Of a stretch of 57,846 bases of DNA, positions 39,270 through 51,204 are shown piece by piece. Position numbers and translations under genes: made by a program. How positions within the stretch are numbered: position 1 is the stretch's first letter; every line of letters starts with the position of its first letter. Source of the DNA: Octopus bimaculoides (Eukaryota); contig NC_068983.1 of the NCBI RefSeq assembly GCF_001194135.2, positions 82,556,350-82,614,195 of the forward strand, in the 5' to 3' direction. A model generated the notes under the pieces. It made no database searches, had not been told where the DNA came from, and worked only from the letters and a program-made list of their open reading frames with translations.

Positions 39270-40985
39270 GCCTTTGCACAGCTTCTAACGCTGGAGACGT
39301 ACTACAGTGTCAGCTAAAGTAACACCTCTTATTTTTCGAGCACCTTCCGGAGTATTCGAGCAGTTCCAAGCAGTGCTATATTCTGCAAATGCTCTACCCT
39401 CATTGCAGCCCCTATTTGCTCCACGTACCTATCGAGATTTTTGCTCACTGTTCCCAGAGCCCCAACAATTATTGGTACTACAGCTACATTTTTCATTGAC
39501 CACAACTTTCCAAGCTAATCTGTTATATCTCTCGACTTTTCTTTCTTCCTTATCACATATCTTGTTGCCAGCTGGGCCTGCTATATTTATAATCCAGCAT
39601 AGTTTGTTTTCTTTCTCAATTAAGACTATGTCCGGTTTCCTATTCTCTATCTCATGTTCGCACTGAATCATAAAACCTATAGGATCTTTGCATTTCTAAT
39701 TCCGACGATGCCTTCAGGTTTGTGGTCGTACCAATTTTTTGCTCTGTGAAGTCCATACTTGTGGCAAAGTGTCCAATGGACAGGTCTGGCAATATTGCCG
39801 TAGCGTCTCTTATATTCCTTCTGGGCTAGTGGCGTACATTGGCTGGTAATATGCCATACGGTTTCACCGTTTTGTCCACAAATTCTGCACTTATCCCTTT
39901 CTGTTGTATTGTCTATTCTGTATTTTATGTAATTTGTTCTTAGAGCTTTCTCTTGGGCAGAACAGATTAGAGCCTCCGTTTCCCCTTTTTAAATCACTTT
40001 TAGTCATCTACAGCCATTTTTTTCGCTGTCTGTCTTATCTTCAACATCTCTATGAAATTTTCCATGCATTCTTTTCTTTACCCACCTATTTTCAGTTTCA
40101 TTCGTTTTCAATTTCTTGTATAGTGCTTTATCTTTTCAATCTTTCATCCTACACAAGTCTGACCTTCTTACTTCTAATGATAGCAGTTCTCTGGCACTTT
40201 TTTACGTACCATGCTATGTTGCTTTCTTCTGCACTAATGCTGCGTTCGCATCCAATAAGTCCTCTCCCCTCTTTTTCTTGGTACATACAGTCTGTCTGTG
40301 TCACTTTTGGGGTGAAGCGACCAATATCTAGTTAGCAACTTCCTTGTCTTTCTGCCTAAGCCGTTAAGTTTGTCTACTGTTCATGCGATTATCCCTGCTC
40401 CATATCTAAGGTGTGAAACCGCCTAGGTGTTGATAGCTTCGATCTTATTCCGTCCATTTAATTTCGACTTAAGGATCAGTCTGCGCAAGTACTCCACCTT
40501 AAATTTTCTGTCATTTCTTTCTCCATCAATCTATCCATTTCTAAAATCCCCAAGTACTTATAGCCCGTCTCTTCTATCTGCTTCATAACCTCCCCTGACG
40601 GTATCGTTAGCCCGTCCATACCTATGATTTTGCTTCTCTTCAAGTCTAACACACCACACTTTCTGAGTCCGAACTCCATTCTGATATCAGCACTGAAGGT
40701 ATACACCGTATCAACGAGGGAACTGACTTGGGCTTCGTCTTTGCCATAAAGTTTGAGATCATCCATGAATATCAAATGGTTGACGTTTTGCTAGTGGCTT
40801 TTGAATACATACCCAGCTTTTGCGTTCCTCACAATCAGTGTTAGCGGTATCAAGCACAGTACAAAGATGCCCCTTCTTATTTCGACTGTCCCTAAACTTC
40901 TTTCGTATTCTGTCAGGTCTGTCCTCCAATTCGCCATACTTTTTCCAAACAATTGCTCAGCATTTGATGTATATATTACACACAA
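39270..40985 (-). mobile_element. R4/Dong-clade non-LTR retrotransposon 3' half, decayed
   Basis: HLIFMDDLKLYGK..FGLRKC..GYKYLG (RT), CRICGQNGETVWHITSQC (C-x2-C-x8-H-x4-C knuckle) and NRKPDIVLIEKENKLCWII (PD-(D/E)xK endonuclease). Runs into (TGA)n(TAA)n. Confidence 0.92.
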
Positions 40986-41802
40986 TGCTGTATTAATATA
41001 AAAGATGATATGGCAGTGCTTTGACTCTGCTCAGCCGAGGATGTGCGTATATACAGCTATTGTTGGATTATATTGATAAAATATTGCGTATAATATATGA
41101 AGCATTCTGCAATTAACAGCTGATAATGATGCAATGAAACAATCGTAGTGATTTGAAACAGCCCGTTCAATCCATCTTCTCGTATCAAAGTATTTTTTGC
41201 TTATATTCTACGGTTATTTGCGGATTTCCACATATATACTACATTCAGTAACAGGAGTTCTACTCTATAATAAAATATGGTAGCTGATACCCGAAGGGGA
41301 ATTTTGAAAAGTACACTCTAAGGTTATAACCCAGGTTATATTAAAATTTATGTGTGCGTGTGTGCGTGCGTGCGTGCGTGTGTGTGTGTGTGTGCGTGTG
41401 TGTGCGTGTGTGTGTGTGTACACACAGATATATATCGGTTAACACATTTATCACGAATAAAAGAACTGTGACTTCGATTCCAATGCATACTAACACACTT
41501 TTTCCGTCGAGGGCTTATATGTTCGAATATTAGACTATTTCTTTAGCCAATATACAGTGATTGCTTATAAGCTTTAAGCTTATAATTATTATCATTAGTT
41601 ACAAAATATATATATGTGTATATATATATATATATATACGAGAAAGTAGATAAAAGTGAAACAAGGTGGAAAAAATAGTACTGGAAAACCGGATGTAGAG
41701 TAATATGCTTTATTATCAAAGCTGAAACGTATCACAAATCTATCACGAACTGCTATTCAGAATTTTACGTCCTCGTTCGTCGGACATGTTGTGATCAAGA
41801 TC

Positions 41803-41837
41803 TGTCCGACGAACGAAACGTGAAACTCTGAGTAGCA
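41803..41837 (+). ncRNA. Minimal hammerhead-like motif (U4C core variant) in a 35-bp inverted repeat
   Basis: TGT-CCGACGA-ACG AAA CGT-GAAA-CTC T GAG-TA-GCA. A mirror copy on the minus strand at 41751-41786 has G12A. Confidence 0.5.
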
Positions 41838-41879
41838 ATTTTGGGGATATTTCTGTGATGTTTTTGCAGCTTGAATAAT

Positions 41880-42195
41880 AAAGTAGACAATACAGGACCA
41901 GATACAGCAACAGCTTGGGCTTCAGGGGCTCACAGCTCTTTAATATCCTTCCAAAATGCCTGAGAGACCTGCATGGTGTTGATGTAGGTGTCTTTAAAAC
42001 AAAACTGGATTTCTTCCTATTACAGGTTCCAGACGAGCCTACCTCACAGGAAGAAACACAGATGATGGCAGCAGCATCAAACTCCCTCATTGATCAAATG
42101 CCACATATTACAAGAGGTTCCAAGTAACGGTGTAGCTCAGTCAATGGTGGTGCTCCAGCATGACCGCAGCTTTAAAGCTGAAACATTTTAAAATA
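41880..42195 (+). mobile_element. LINE 3' end (probably CR1/L2 group): RT C-terminus plus 3' UTR
   Basis: RTRYSNSLGFRGSQLFNILPKCLRDL..FKTKLDFFL..VPDEP..AAASNSLIDQ is a typical LINE ORF2 C-terminus. Followed by a hairpin tail and short repeats. Clade assignment is from memory. Confidence 0.75.
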
Positions 42196-42637
42196 GTTAG
42201 ATAGTTAAAATAGATAGACAGATAGATACATACATACATACATACATACATACATACATGCGTGCTTGCATGCATGCATATATATAAATGTGTATGATTT
42301 GTGTGTACGTGTCCCCCCCCCCACACACACACACGCAGATATACACACACACATCCACACAGATATAATGACTGATCACTCAGCATAGTGAACCAGAGCA
42401 TCACATTTATTTTTAGAAAAGAAAATATGACAATGCCTTAGAAGATGTGCTGATACTGGTTTCCTTATATTGTCTGACGCGGCTGGTATCAAGGGAACTT
42501 CGAAGTCACTATCATCTTTCCCAATGCATACATACATATACATATACATGTTTATATATATACATGCATACATACATAAATACTCCATATATATATATAC
42601 ATGCATACGTACATACATACATACGTATATACATACA

Positions 42638-42670
<33 letters not shown>

Positions 42671-43457
42671 CTGTGTGTGTGTGTTCGAGTGTGTGCATAT
42701 ATATTTATACACGCTAAACGCAGTGGAATGTTATGTATAAACGAGGACTAGATCCGAGTCGACGTGAAACTTCCCATCGTTGTAATGGTTATGCACATCT
42801 GCACATACACGCTACCAGCGCACACAGACTCACTCACACCTGTTTGCGTGTGTGCGTATGCGCGTGAATAAGCGAAGTGATGTATGTATGTATGTATGTA
42901 TGTATGTATGTACGCGTCTGTGTATGTAAATACAGAAAGGCACTGCATTGATTGTGTAATAAAGGTCGGCATACAAACAGTGAAAGCAACTGGAAGAGAG
43001 AGCGGCAAACATAACTCTTATAAGCAGCACCTTATAAACTCACTGATCAGTGATTTAGAAGATTTGGTTAAAGCCTCCATTATGGAAGCCAGCCGGAATT
43101 TACATGATTAATAGACTTGTGTGTATAATTTATGTTTGCCTTCATGGTAGATCAGTTTTGCAGAACTTTCAAATGCAACCTGAAGAATTTATCCGCATCT
43201 TGGAAGTAGTAAAATATAGTGAAACCACAGAGAAATAAAGAATAGATATAAAGAATAACTTAAGTTTTTATCTTTATATATATATATATTTTTTTTTGTT
43301 TAGAGTATGAGATCGAGTGGATACTTTCATGTCTCTGTGAGTGTATATATAAACGGTGTTTTATCCGTATCCACACACACATATATACACACATATATAT
43401 ATATATATATATCATCTATCTATCAACCTATCTGTGTGTGTATGTGNNNNNNNNNNN

Positions 43458-43497
<40 letters not shown>

Positions 43498-43826
43498 GTA
43501 TATGCATTCATAAATTTCATAAATATACTTACATACAAGCATACACTTATAGATGCACATATATATATATATATATATCATCTATCTATCAACCTATCTG
43601 TGTGTGTATGTGTGTGTGTGTGTACGTATGTGTGTGTGTGTATATATGTGTGTGTGTGTGTGTCTGTGTGTCTGCGTGAAGAAACACTCACAGAGGAAAA
43701 TGCTAGATGAATATACAGATAATGATGTATCTTTATACATACACGCTCTCACTATGCTCATATTTATGTGCACGCAAAAGGCATTGAGTCAAATCACTAC
43801 GCTCACCCTCACCCTCACCCCCTTAG

Positions 43827-43868
43827 CACGTTGAACGCCATGATATTGTTTACTGCCTGGTCTACAAG
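43827..43868 (+). CDS. Candidate 42-bp exon (HVERHDIVYCLVYK in phase 0)
   Basis: Acceptor CCCCCTTAG, donor AAG|GTAAAA, no stop. Phase-compatible with the 31093-31232 candidate. Confidence 0.2.
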
Positions 43869-44411
43869 GTAAAACATTACTTCACAATTCATTGATCACC
43901 TTATCTGATGCGGTATATTGTTAATGTGAATTTATTTATTGATACTTAGTGAAGCGGTCGTATTTCGTCTGTGGTAGTCGACTGTAGAGCATTGCTCTTC
44001 TAAAGGTGCGTCGTTGGAATCTCGTCTAGAAAACGTTAATTTCCTAATTGAGAAATAGTAAAACTATTATTGTTGTTTGTTGTGGTTTAACTCCAGATTA
44101 GTACTAGTGAAACTTACTTTCATCCAAGGGGTTGTAATACTGAGGGCTTTATTACCTAAACTGTCCTTTCCTATTTTTAAGGTGGTGAAGTGTTCCTTGG
44201 AGGAGATTTAGTTGTTATTTCAAACAAAGGGAGGGGAAAGATTGTGTTGCAGCTAGTAAGTAGTCTTACGGTTAGTGTTAAAGAAAAATATTTCCCATTT
44301 CCATCTAATTGATTATTACATTATCTGTGTTTTAGTGTTTATTTCCTCAGTCCAAAGGCACAAATTACGTGTAAAAATTAAGAAAACAACATTTTTATCC
44401 AATTTATTGAT

Positions 44412-45460
44412 TTAAATAGTTACAGTATTCACTCGATTTACACAAACAGACTCTATATCTGGGCCTGATTTCTGTGAATTCGATATAACAAAGTCCCCAA
44501 AGCGATGCTTTTCGAGATCATTCTGTCTATCGAGTGGATGAGCCCTTAGACTCAGAAACAGAGGTGCATACTTAGAGTAATTAGAACGCTTCAGACTTAT
44601 ACTTCGGTCAAGGTGATGTTTGGTTCTACTTCGCAGGGCATTGATTCGCCATTCTTGGCAATGAGGATTTTTTCTTCGTAGGTACCACAAATCAATTTTT
44701 ATAGTTTGTTTTTTTATTTTTTCCGTTGGATCGTTTTTTCGTTTTCTTTTCGAGGAAGTTTCCTTATCTCTGACGTCCTCCGTCTTGTTTCTATCATCAC
44801 ATATGGACGGTGCATGCTGCTACGAGGTACTTCCTGCTTGTTTACTACTAGCTGTTTCTACGACTTTTGTCTCTCTTTGTCTTCGCCGGTTGCAGTTTGC
44901 AAGGGGAGATTTTGGATCTCCTGGCTCACTCCTTGCAATGAGGATAGAGAAATTTCATTTGCCAATTAAATTTTCATGCTTTGGGTCGATCTCCAACCGA
45001 TGACTTCTTTGGTTTTTCTATTGTTTTTGATTTTTTTTTTACACTTTCTGTGCACAAAGATTACCTATGGGTCGTTGGATGCTGAGCTTTAAAGTCTGTC
45101 CGCCTGGAAGCCTCTATCGGAAGCAGTCCTGGTATTGTTTTGCGGTCTTCTGCATTCATGAGGTATTGTATGTTCAGCTTATCCCATCCAACTATATATC
45201 GTTCACTATTACATCGGCACTAACCTTCTTCTTATATTGTGTCACCTAGGTGAATTCTAATCAGGTTACGACAGTGATTCTTCTGTTCCTCCTTCCCAAA
45301 ATCTGTGGAACCAATTTGTGAGCAGGTTTGTCGTATATCCTTTGGGCTTGTGCTTTCACCCCAGCCTTTGTTTTAAATGTGATGCATATAGTTCCATATG
45401 CCTCCCCTTTTACAATGAAGGCATTTTTAAAACTTAGAATATTTATCAGGACCATCTATA
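44412..45460 (-). mobile_element. Possible decayed retroelement ORF1-like (gag/RRM) remnant
   Basis: GTICITFKTKAGVKA..LVPQILGRRNRRITVV resembles the RRM region of LINE ORF1. Downstream frames are broken and K/R-rich. AATAAA follows the last open frame. Confidence 0.35.
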
Positions 45461-45719
45461 ACTCTTGTCTGAACGAAATACGATAATCTGTTGTGTGCTT
45501 CACAAGACAGCTAAGTAGATTTTTCCCACCCACAGGCCTCTGTATCTAATTGTGAAAAGCAAGCCATAGTTCAATGTAAAAAATGTTTCCGAACTTTAGA
45601 CCTTTCAACCAAATGTCTCATATCGAGAGATTTACTACTCGAAGAACACGTTGATAAAAGTTTTTCTTTGTCCTTATTTATACTGCTGTTGTTGCTGCTT
45701 ATCTTTTATTTTTTATTTT

Positions 45720-46318
45720 TTACTTACTTCAGTCATCAGACAGCGGCCGTGCTGGCGGGTACCGCTTTCAAATCTTAGTAGAATGTATCGATCACAGTAC
45801 TTAAAATTTTAAGTCTGGTACTTATTCTATCGGTTCCTTTTGTCGAACCGCTAAGTTATGGGGGCGTAAATGCACCAATACTGGTTGTCAAGCGGTGGCG
45901 GGGGATAGACACAAAAATACAAACATAGTTAAGCACACATATATATGCATATATATNNNNNNNNNNNNNNNNNNNNNNNNNNNNNNNNNNNNNNNNNNNN
46001 NNNNNNNNNNNNNNNNNNNNNNNNNNNNNNNNNNNNNNNNNNNNNNNNNNNNNNNNNNNNNNNNNNNNNNNNNNNNNNNNNNNNNNNNNNNNNNNNNNNN
46101 NNNNNNNNNNNNNNNNNNNNNNNNNNNNNNNNTATATATGTGTGTGTGTATATATATGACGGGCTTCATTCAGCTTCCGTCTATCAAATCTACTTACAAG
46201 ATTTGGTCGGCGCAAGTTTGTAGTAGAAGATACCTGTCCCAGGTGTCATGCAGTGGAACTGAATCCAGAACTATGTGGTTTGGAAGCAAGCTTCTTACTA
46301 CACAACCAAGCTTGCACC
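45720..46318 (-). mobile_element. SINE family A spanning an assembly gap
   Basis: Tail at 45720-45930 and head at 46155-46318, both colinear with 50009-50413. Confidence 0.8.
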
Positions 46319-46765
46319 TATGCTGTTTTTGACTTGTTTTTACCTGCTGTAGTTAAAATGTTTGTGATTTCTTTTAGTTTGTGTTTACTTTTAATATTTT
46401 GTATTGCAATTAAGGTAGTTTTCCGCTTTTACGTTTCTTTTTTTCCTTTTTTTTTTCTGCCTTTTTCAGTGTGTATAATGTATTAACTTGTAAATTTCTC
46501 AGGTTTCTTTCTGCGTACGCGGCATGAAATATTAATGATCATTTATTTTTGTCAATGACGTAAAAGAGAAAAGTAAAACGTATCCGGATATAAAATATTA
46601 CACCCAGTCTTTTTTTTTTTTTTTTCTCTTTTGTCAAACCTGTAAGTAGAAATACCAAATAGTAGGTAGTTACCAGTGTTCCGGGAAAGTTTGGTGAAAA
46701 CTATTTTAACTGGTAGAATCCTTTTGGACGGCGAGTTCTAAGCAAAAATTTGCGTTTGTCTGTCG

Positions 46766-46824
<59 letters not shown>

Positions 46825-47119
46825 AATAAATAAATAAAAGAATGTATGGTATGTCAAACGTATTGAGAAGAGCATTGTCGCTGTGAATTTTCTTTCCCTT
46901 TTTCTCCCGTTATCTCGTTTGTTTACTTTGCTTATTTTTTTTTCCTTTTTCTCTCTGTCTTCCCCCTTTTTCTCCATCATATGAGTCTGAAAAATGCACA
47001 ATTTGGTGTGCTTGTTTTAATGGCCTACCAATGTATACAGTACGTTTCTATGCCCTAGGTGTCAGGAAGACACTCGGCAAGAAATGGAAACAGGATTGAA
47101 AGAAGATGCTAATGAAAAT

Positions 47120-47183
47120 CATGATGATGACGACGACGACGACGATGATGATGATAATGATGATGATGATGATGATGATGATC

Positions 47184-47234
<51 letters not shown>

Positions 47235-47350
47235 GTAATAATGGTGATGATCATGATAATCATGATTATGATCTTGATGATGATGATGGTGGTGCTGGTG
47301 GTGCTGGTGGTGATGATGATGATGATGATGACGACGATAATGAAAATGAT
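47120..47350. repeat. (GAT)n(AAT)n(GGT) compound tract
   Basis: Direct reading. Similar (CTA)n-(CAC)n-(CTA)n at 50707-50893 and (CAC)n at 51680-51900. Confidence 0.93.
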
Positions 47351-48033
47351 AATTCATATAATTGGTTTGTGATATCTATGTATTTATCTCTATTTATTTG
47401 TTTAGTCTATTTATTGTCTGAATGCAGGAGAAATTACTATAAACAAAAATTGAACAAAGTATAATATTAAAAAGAAAATCTGAAAGAAAAAAAAATCTAG
47501 ACGTGCAGCAATAATGCCAGAGATAGAACTGTAGGAAATATATAGGACATGAACCAATAAAAGATAATAACAATAGAAATTGGGAACCTAGATGCTGAAA
47601 GGAAAAAAAAAAGGATGTGAATACAGAGAAGAACAATGATAGAATATTTCTCTGGAAAACCGACTAGTCAAAAACCTACAGAATATTCCTTAAGTGAGTT
47701 GAATAAAATCTTCTTCATTCACTAACAGTAACAACAACAATATGTGTGTGTGTGTATGTGCATGCGTAATTGTTTGTAGAATTTTGAAACAGCTGTAGTG
47801 AATCTTAGCCCATTTATGTTCTATTGTTCAATCTATCTATCTATTTATATATTTACCTATTTGTCTGTGTGCCTATTGATCTATCTATTTATCTATCTAT
47901 TTGTCTGTCTGCTTTTCTACACATATATCTATCTGTGTGTGCATGATATATATTTGTGTGTTTGTGTGTGTGTCTTTGTCTGTGCGCGCGCGTGTGTGTG
48001 TGTGTGTGTGTGTGCGTGTGTGTGTATAAAGAA

Positions 48034-48448
48034 TATAATCCGTATTAAATTGAGTGAAGAAAATGGAGTTAGTAATTAATAATTATTAATAAATTGATAA
48101 TCATTTCTTCCTACAGCTGTTTCCATTCATCCTCAATGAATAAATTACACATTTGTACATTAAATTTGCATTTATAAGTTATGAGCAAAATATCATCGGG
48201 AAAAAGTTAGACATTAATAAATTACATGCTCATCTATCTGTTCATGCTATTGGACTGAACAGATAGGTGAGCATGTAATTTTTTAATGATATTTTACTCA
48301 TAACTTATAAATTTAATGTACAAATTTGTAATTTATTCATTGAGTATGAATGGAAACAGCTGTAGGAAGAAATGATTATCAATTTAGTAATAAGTAATTA
48401 TTAATCACTAACTCTTCATTTTCTTCTCTTAATCTAATACGGATTATA
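48034..48448. repeat. About 415-bp foldback palindrome (arms about 200 bp, 11-nt spacer)
   Basis: TATAATCCGTATTAAATTGAG..CATGCTCATCTATCTGTTCA / TGAACAGATAGGTGAGCATG..CTAATACGGATTATA. The left arm carries a small insertion. Confidence 0.93.
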
Positions 48449-48739
48449 TACTTAATATATACCTATTGATTTAGGGAAATTTTATTTCCCAAAGATATAA
48501 GGTACAAAACCGATGTTATCTTGGATTTAATCATCCCTTTGAGAGGTTAGTATATCCTCTAATTAACGTATATGATGTGTGTGTGTGTATGTGTGTGTGT
48601 GTGTGTGTGTGCGTGTGTGTGTGTGCGTGTGCGTGTGCGTATACACACATATATGCATATAGTCATCACATGTTCACGTGAGCGACCAGATTATCATATG
48701 TCGTTATACATCGCTATATCCAGCGTGTCAGGTATACAC

Positions 48740-49290
48740 TTCGGAGAATTTTTAATGGGAATGTTTCTCTAATATTCCTTACGTTCATGTTTACGTATGA
48801 ATTCTATAATAGAAAGATTCTCTATGTTTATACCAGGTCAGCGACAAGCTTGTGTCTCATTGGGTGGTAGTACCTTGGTGACATTTTTAGGTAGTTGTTG
48901 ATCACATGTGCGAGGTTTTCTTCAGAAATGTGACATTATCAACATTTTCTGTTGCATCTTGGGGCTCCAAGAGCTTTACTGTATTTTCTGTTTATATGGA
49001 ACTTTGTAGCAATGTATTGCCCTGGTATTGCAACTCTCGTAGTGCGATACGATGTTGGGGTCGTGAGAATATTCATTTTTTAATTATTCTTTCTGGTATG
49101 CTGATTGTTTCAGGCCAGGTCTTCTTTTAGGGAAATTCATCTGTTTCATGGTTTTATAGGAGAATGCCAAGAAGTACTTTCTGAGAAGCTCACTGCCAGC
49201 ACATACGATGCTTCTTTCACTTTTCAGCACTATGTTTATCTATTTATTTTTGCTGCTGTTCTTTGCCGGGTGCCGTCTGGGGAGATACAA
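48740..49290 (-). mobile_element. R4/Dong-type fragment, zinc-knuckle region, heavily decayed
   Basis: AIPGQYIATKF..PRCNRKC**CHISEENLAHVINNYLKMSPRYYHPMRHKLVA resembles AIQEQ.IAT..CRLC..E.I.HI...C..M..RYY..MRH..VA. Confidence 0.65.
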
Positions 49291-49559
49291 CATTTGAATA
49301 ATGCGTGTCTGTGTGTGTGCGTACACACACACATATGCATATAGTCATCACATTCTCACGTGAGCGACCAGATTATCAGATGTCGTTATACATCGCTGGT
49401 CACATTGCGCTTTGCATCGTTTTAGCTTTGAATGACTGCACCCTGCTGGCTAGGTGAGCAAGTCAACATTCTCCCTGATCGGAAGGCGAACCCGTCTCAC
49501 TAACCTCAAAACCTCAATTCTGTAGCCTCTACATTTCTTCTGTAGAGCCTGTCGATATC

Positions 49560-49900
49560 CCTGTTTTTATGCATGAGTGAGAGAACAGTGCATGCCCAGT
49601 ACACCCATCATGACTACCCATCTAAGGGTACACCAGGACCAGGCACATGCATCCGAACCATATGTACACGACAGGGTGACCTCATATTAAGTGTAACAGC
49701 GCATGACCTTGCAGGTGGGGCTTAGAATTTTCTTCAGGTCGAGTAGCCCAATCCGTTCAAAAGTTCCCTGAATAAGGGTTGTTTAAAGATGTTGAACGAA
49801 ACATCTATGTTTCCAGAGGTGAATTATTCAGACCCCAACCCCCAACGAATTCCTCTCAACACATGGTTCTGATGTTCTCCTAGTACTTCTGCTCGTGATC
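49560..49900. repeat. Unclassified dispersed repeat
   Basis: 49620-49700 (GGTACACCAGG..GCACATGCATC..CATATGT..GTGACCTCATA..AAG) aligns with 38610-38690. Confidence 0.55.
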
Positions 49901-50008
49901 TATGTATGTATGTATGTATGTATGTAGGTACGTCATTATTAAGTTTATTTCAAGATTGTATGTATGTATGTATTTATGTATGTATGTATTTATGTATGTA
50001 TGTATGTA

Positions 50009-50413
50009 TACTCTTTTACTCTTTTACTTGTTTCAGTCATTTGACTGCGGCCATGCTGGAGCACCACCTTTAGTCGAGCAAATCGACTCCGGGACTTATT
50101 CTTTGTAAGCCTAGTACTTATTCTATCGGTCTCTTTTGCCGGACCGCTAAGTTACGGGGACATAAACACACCAGCATCGGTTGTCAAGCGATGTTGGGGG
50201 ACAAACACAGACACACAAACATATACATACATATATATATACATATATACGACGGGCTTCTTTCAGTTTCCGTCTACCAAATCCACTCACAAGGCTTTGG
50301 TCGGCCCGAGGCTATAGTAGAAGACATTTTGCCCAAGATGCCACGCAGTGGGACTGAACCCGGAACCATGCGGTTGGTAAACAAGCTACTTACCACACAG
50401 CCACTCCTGCGCC
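50009..50413 (-). mobile_element. SINE family A, best-preserved full copy (about 405 bp)
   Basis: Reverse complement: GGCGCAGGAGTGGCTGTGTGGTAAG (A box), GGTTCAGTCCC (B box), body with internal microsatellite, tail GGTGGTGCTCCAGCATGGCCGCAGTCAAATGACTGAAACAAGT(AAAAGAGT)2. Confidence 0.92.
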
Positions 50414-50705
50414 TATGTATTTATGTATGTATGTATGTATTTATGTATGTATGTATGTATGCATGCATGCATGTATGTAGACACGAATACATGTGTTGGT
50501 TTATAAACGAGAGTAAAAGTAGACGATACGCCTAATAGTGTTTATGCATTTATTCAAAGCTAGGCCTTCGATTTTCTATCGATGTTTGTGTTACCGCATT
50601 CGGTCTCTTAACCACTAAACTCGCCAGTATCTCTCCCCACTGCCTTTATTTTCATTGCCACCAATGAGACGATTAAGAAATAGCAGCACCACAGTACCCA
50701 TTATA

Positions 50706-50771
<66 letters not shown>

Positions 50772-50822
50772 CATCACAACAACCTCCACCACCATCACCA
50801 TCACCACCGCCACCGCCGCCAT

Positions 50823-50891
<69 letters not shown>

Positions 50892-51138
50892 CAATAACAT
50901 CTTCAACGCCACTTCGCTATCCATCCTTCATTTTCAACGCTGTCTTCTGCTAAATACTTCAAGGAGGTGCTTTCGCAGCCCCTACTTATCCCAAAACAGA
51001 CTTGACAGTATTGTTCTTATTAAATTGCCATAACCTGACCCTTTCTCTGTTTATTGATTCAAGGGACAGCATAAATAGCAGTCGGCAAATTCCATTTTCT
51101 CCATTTCTTTTTACTACCGCTGGGATGGCGTGAGGGAG

Positions 51139-51169
<31 letters not shown>

Positions 51170-51173
51170 ACGA

Positions 51174-51204
<31 letters not shown>

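Noticed and set aside
43400-43612. Short direct duplication around the 11-N gap
   Set aside because: Low-complexity sequence straddling a gap. Most likely an assembly overlap.
43803-43822. (CCCTCA)3 as a telomeric remnant
   Set aside because: Only three variant units, expected by chance in this repeat-rich background.
47084-47464. Acidic D/N-rich 126-aa ORF
   Set aside because: Almost entirely (GAT)n(AAT)n microsatellite. Only the first few codons are complex.
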